Of a stretch of 64,000 nt of DNA, positions 63,820-64,000 are shown in pieces (position 1 is the stretch's first letter; every line of letters starts with the position of its first letter). The stretch lies in the NCBI GenBank assembly GCA_963837875.1, contig CAWIOV010000003.1:129654-193653 (forward strand), written 5' to 3'. Origin of the DNA: an uncultured Chloroflexia bacterium. GTDB taxonomy: Bacteria; Chloroflexota; Anaerolineae; Anaerolineales; Villigracilaceae. The translations under genes were made by a program, and so were the position numbers. Under the pieces are notes generated by a model. That model saw nothing but the letters and a program-made list of their open reading frames with translations, searched no databases and was not told where the DNA came from.

Positions 63820-63999
63820 TTACTTCAAACGGTTTGCAATATATATGTAGGTAGGTCGTTTTCTGTCGCCTGTAACCGTATAGAAAGAGGTCGGATCCTG
63901 GAATACCTCGCCCACCCGCGTATAATACTGATCAATCTCAACACAGCACCAGGTTATATCCAGATCCGAGTCAATAATGATCTCATCAAAGGTCTGCTG
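63820..63999 (-). CDS. hypothetical protein, C-terminal 59 codons only (gene continues beyond the window)
   Basis: Own translation ..QQTFDEIIIDSDLDITWCCVEIDQYYTRVGEVFQDPTSFYTVTGDRKRPTYIYIANRLK*, stop at 63822-63820. No family recognised. Confidence 0.4.
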   Translation of the reverse strand, partial: QQTFDEIIIDSDLDITWCCVEIDQYYTRVGEVFQDPTSFYTVTGDRKRPTYIYIANRLK

Positions 64000-64000
64000 G

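Overview
64-kb chromosomal segment, about 55-58% GC in the coding samples I counted by hand. Gene content suggests Chloroflexota, probably class Anaerolineae; this is inference with no database search. The cues are Pro/Thr-rich LysM envelope proteins, an orphan Flp pilin, a T-box-controlled serS, many PAS/GAF kinases and a MoxR-DUF58-VWA operon. I support about 60 CDS, one tRNA-Glu(CUC), one T-box leader, several near-consensus sigma70-type promoters and four intrinsic terminator hairpins. Most genes are housekeeping (folD, gmk, serS, miaB, mtaB-like, obg, mutS2, DEAD-box helicase, malic enzyme) or signalling. I see no rRNA, CRISPR array, cas genes, intact mobile element, reverse transcriptase or recognisable multi-gene defence system. 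The only clearly accessory stretch is 50.9-53.1 kb. It holds a roughly 40% GC, strongly purine-skewed low-complexity island, a frameshifted IS630-type transposase remnant and a UPF0175/DUF3368 toxin-antitoxin-like pair. Items most worth a second look: (1) that purine-rich island, which is stop-free in all three frames of one strand; (2) a family of 45-95 nt imperfect palindromic intergenic elements with GCGAAGC-type hairpin cores, at least five copies, one supplying a -35 box; (3) a membrane histidine-kinase-like protein whose phospho-acceptor His is Gln, heading a LysM-LysM-LCP operon; (4) an Asparaginase_II-EndoIII single-ORF fusion; (5) a LacI-type ligand-binding fold fused to PAS domains and a kinase; (6) several consensus promoters placed so the transcript would start at the ATG (leaderless). 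All domain calls come from motif recognition by eye on the supplied translations. None was checked against Pfam, Rfam or BLAST.
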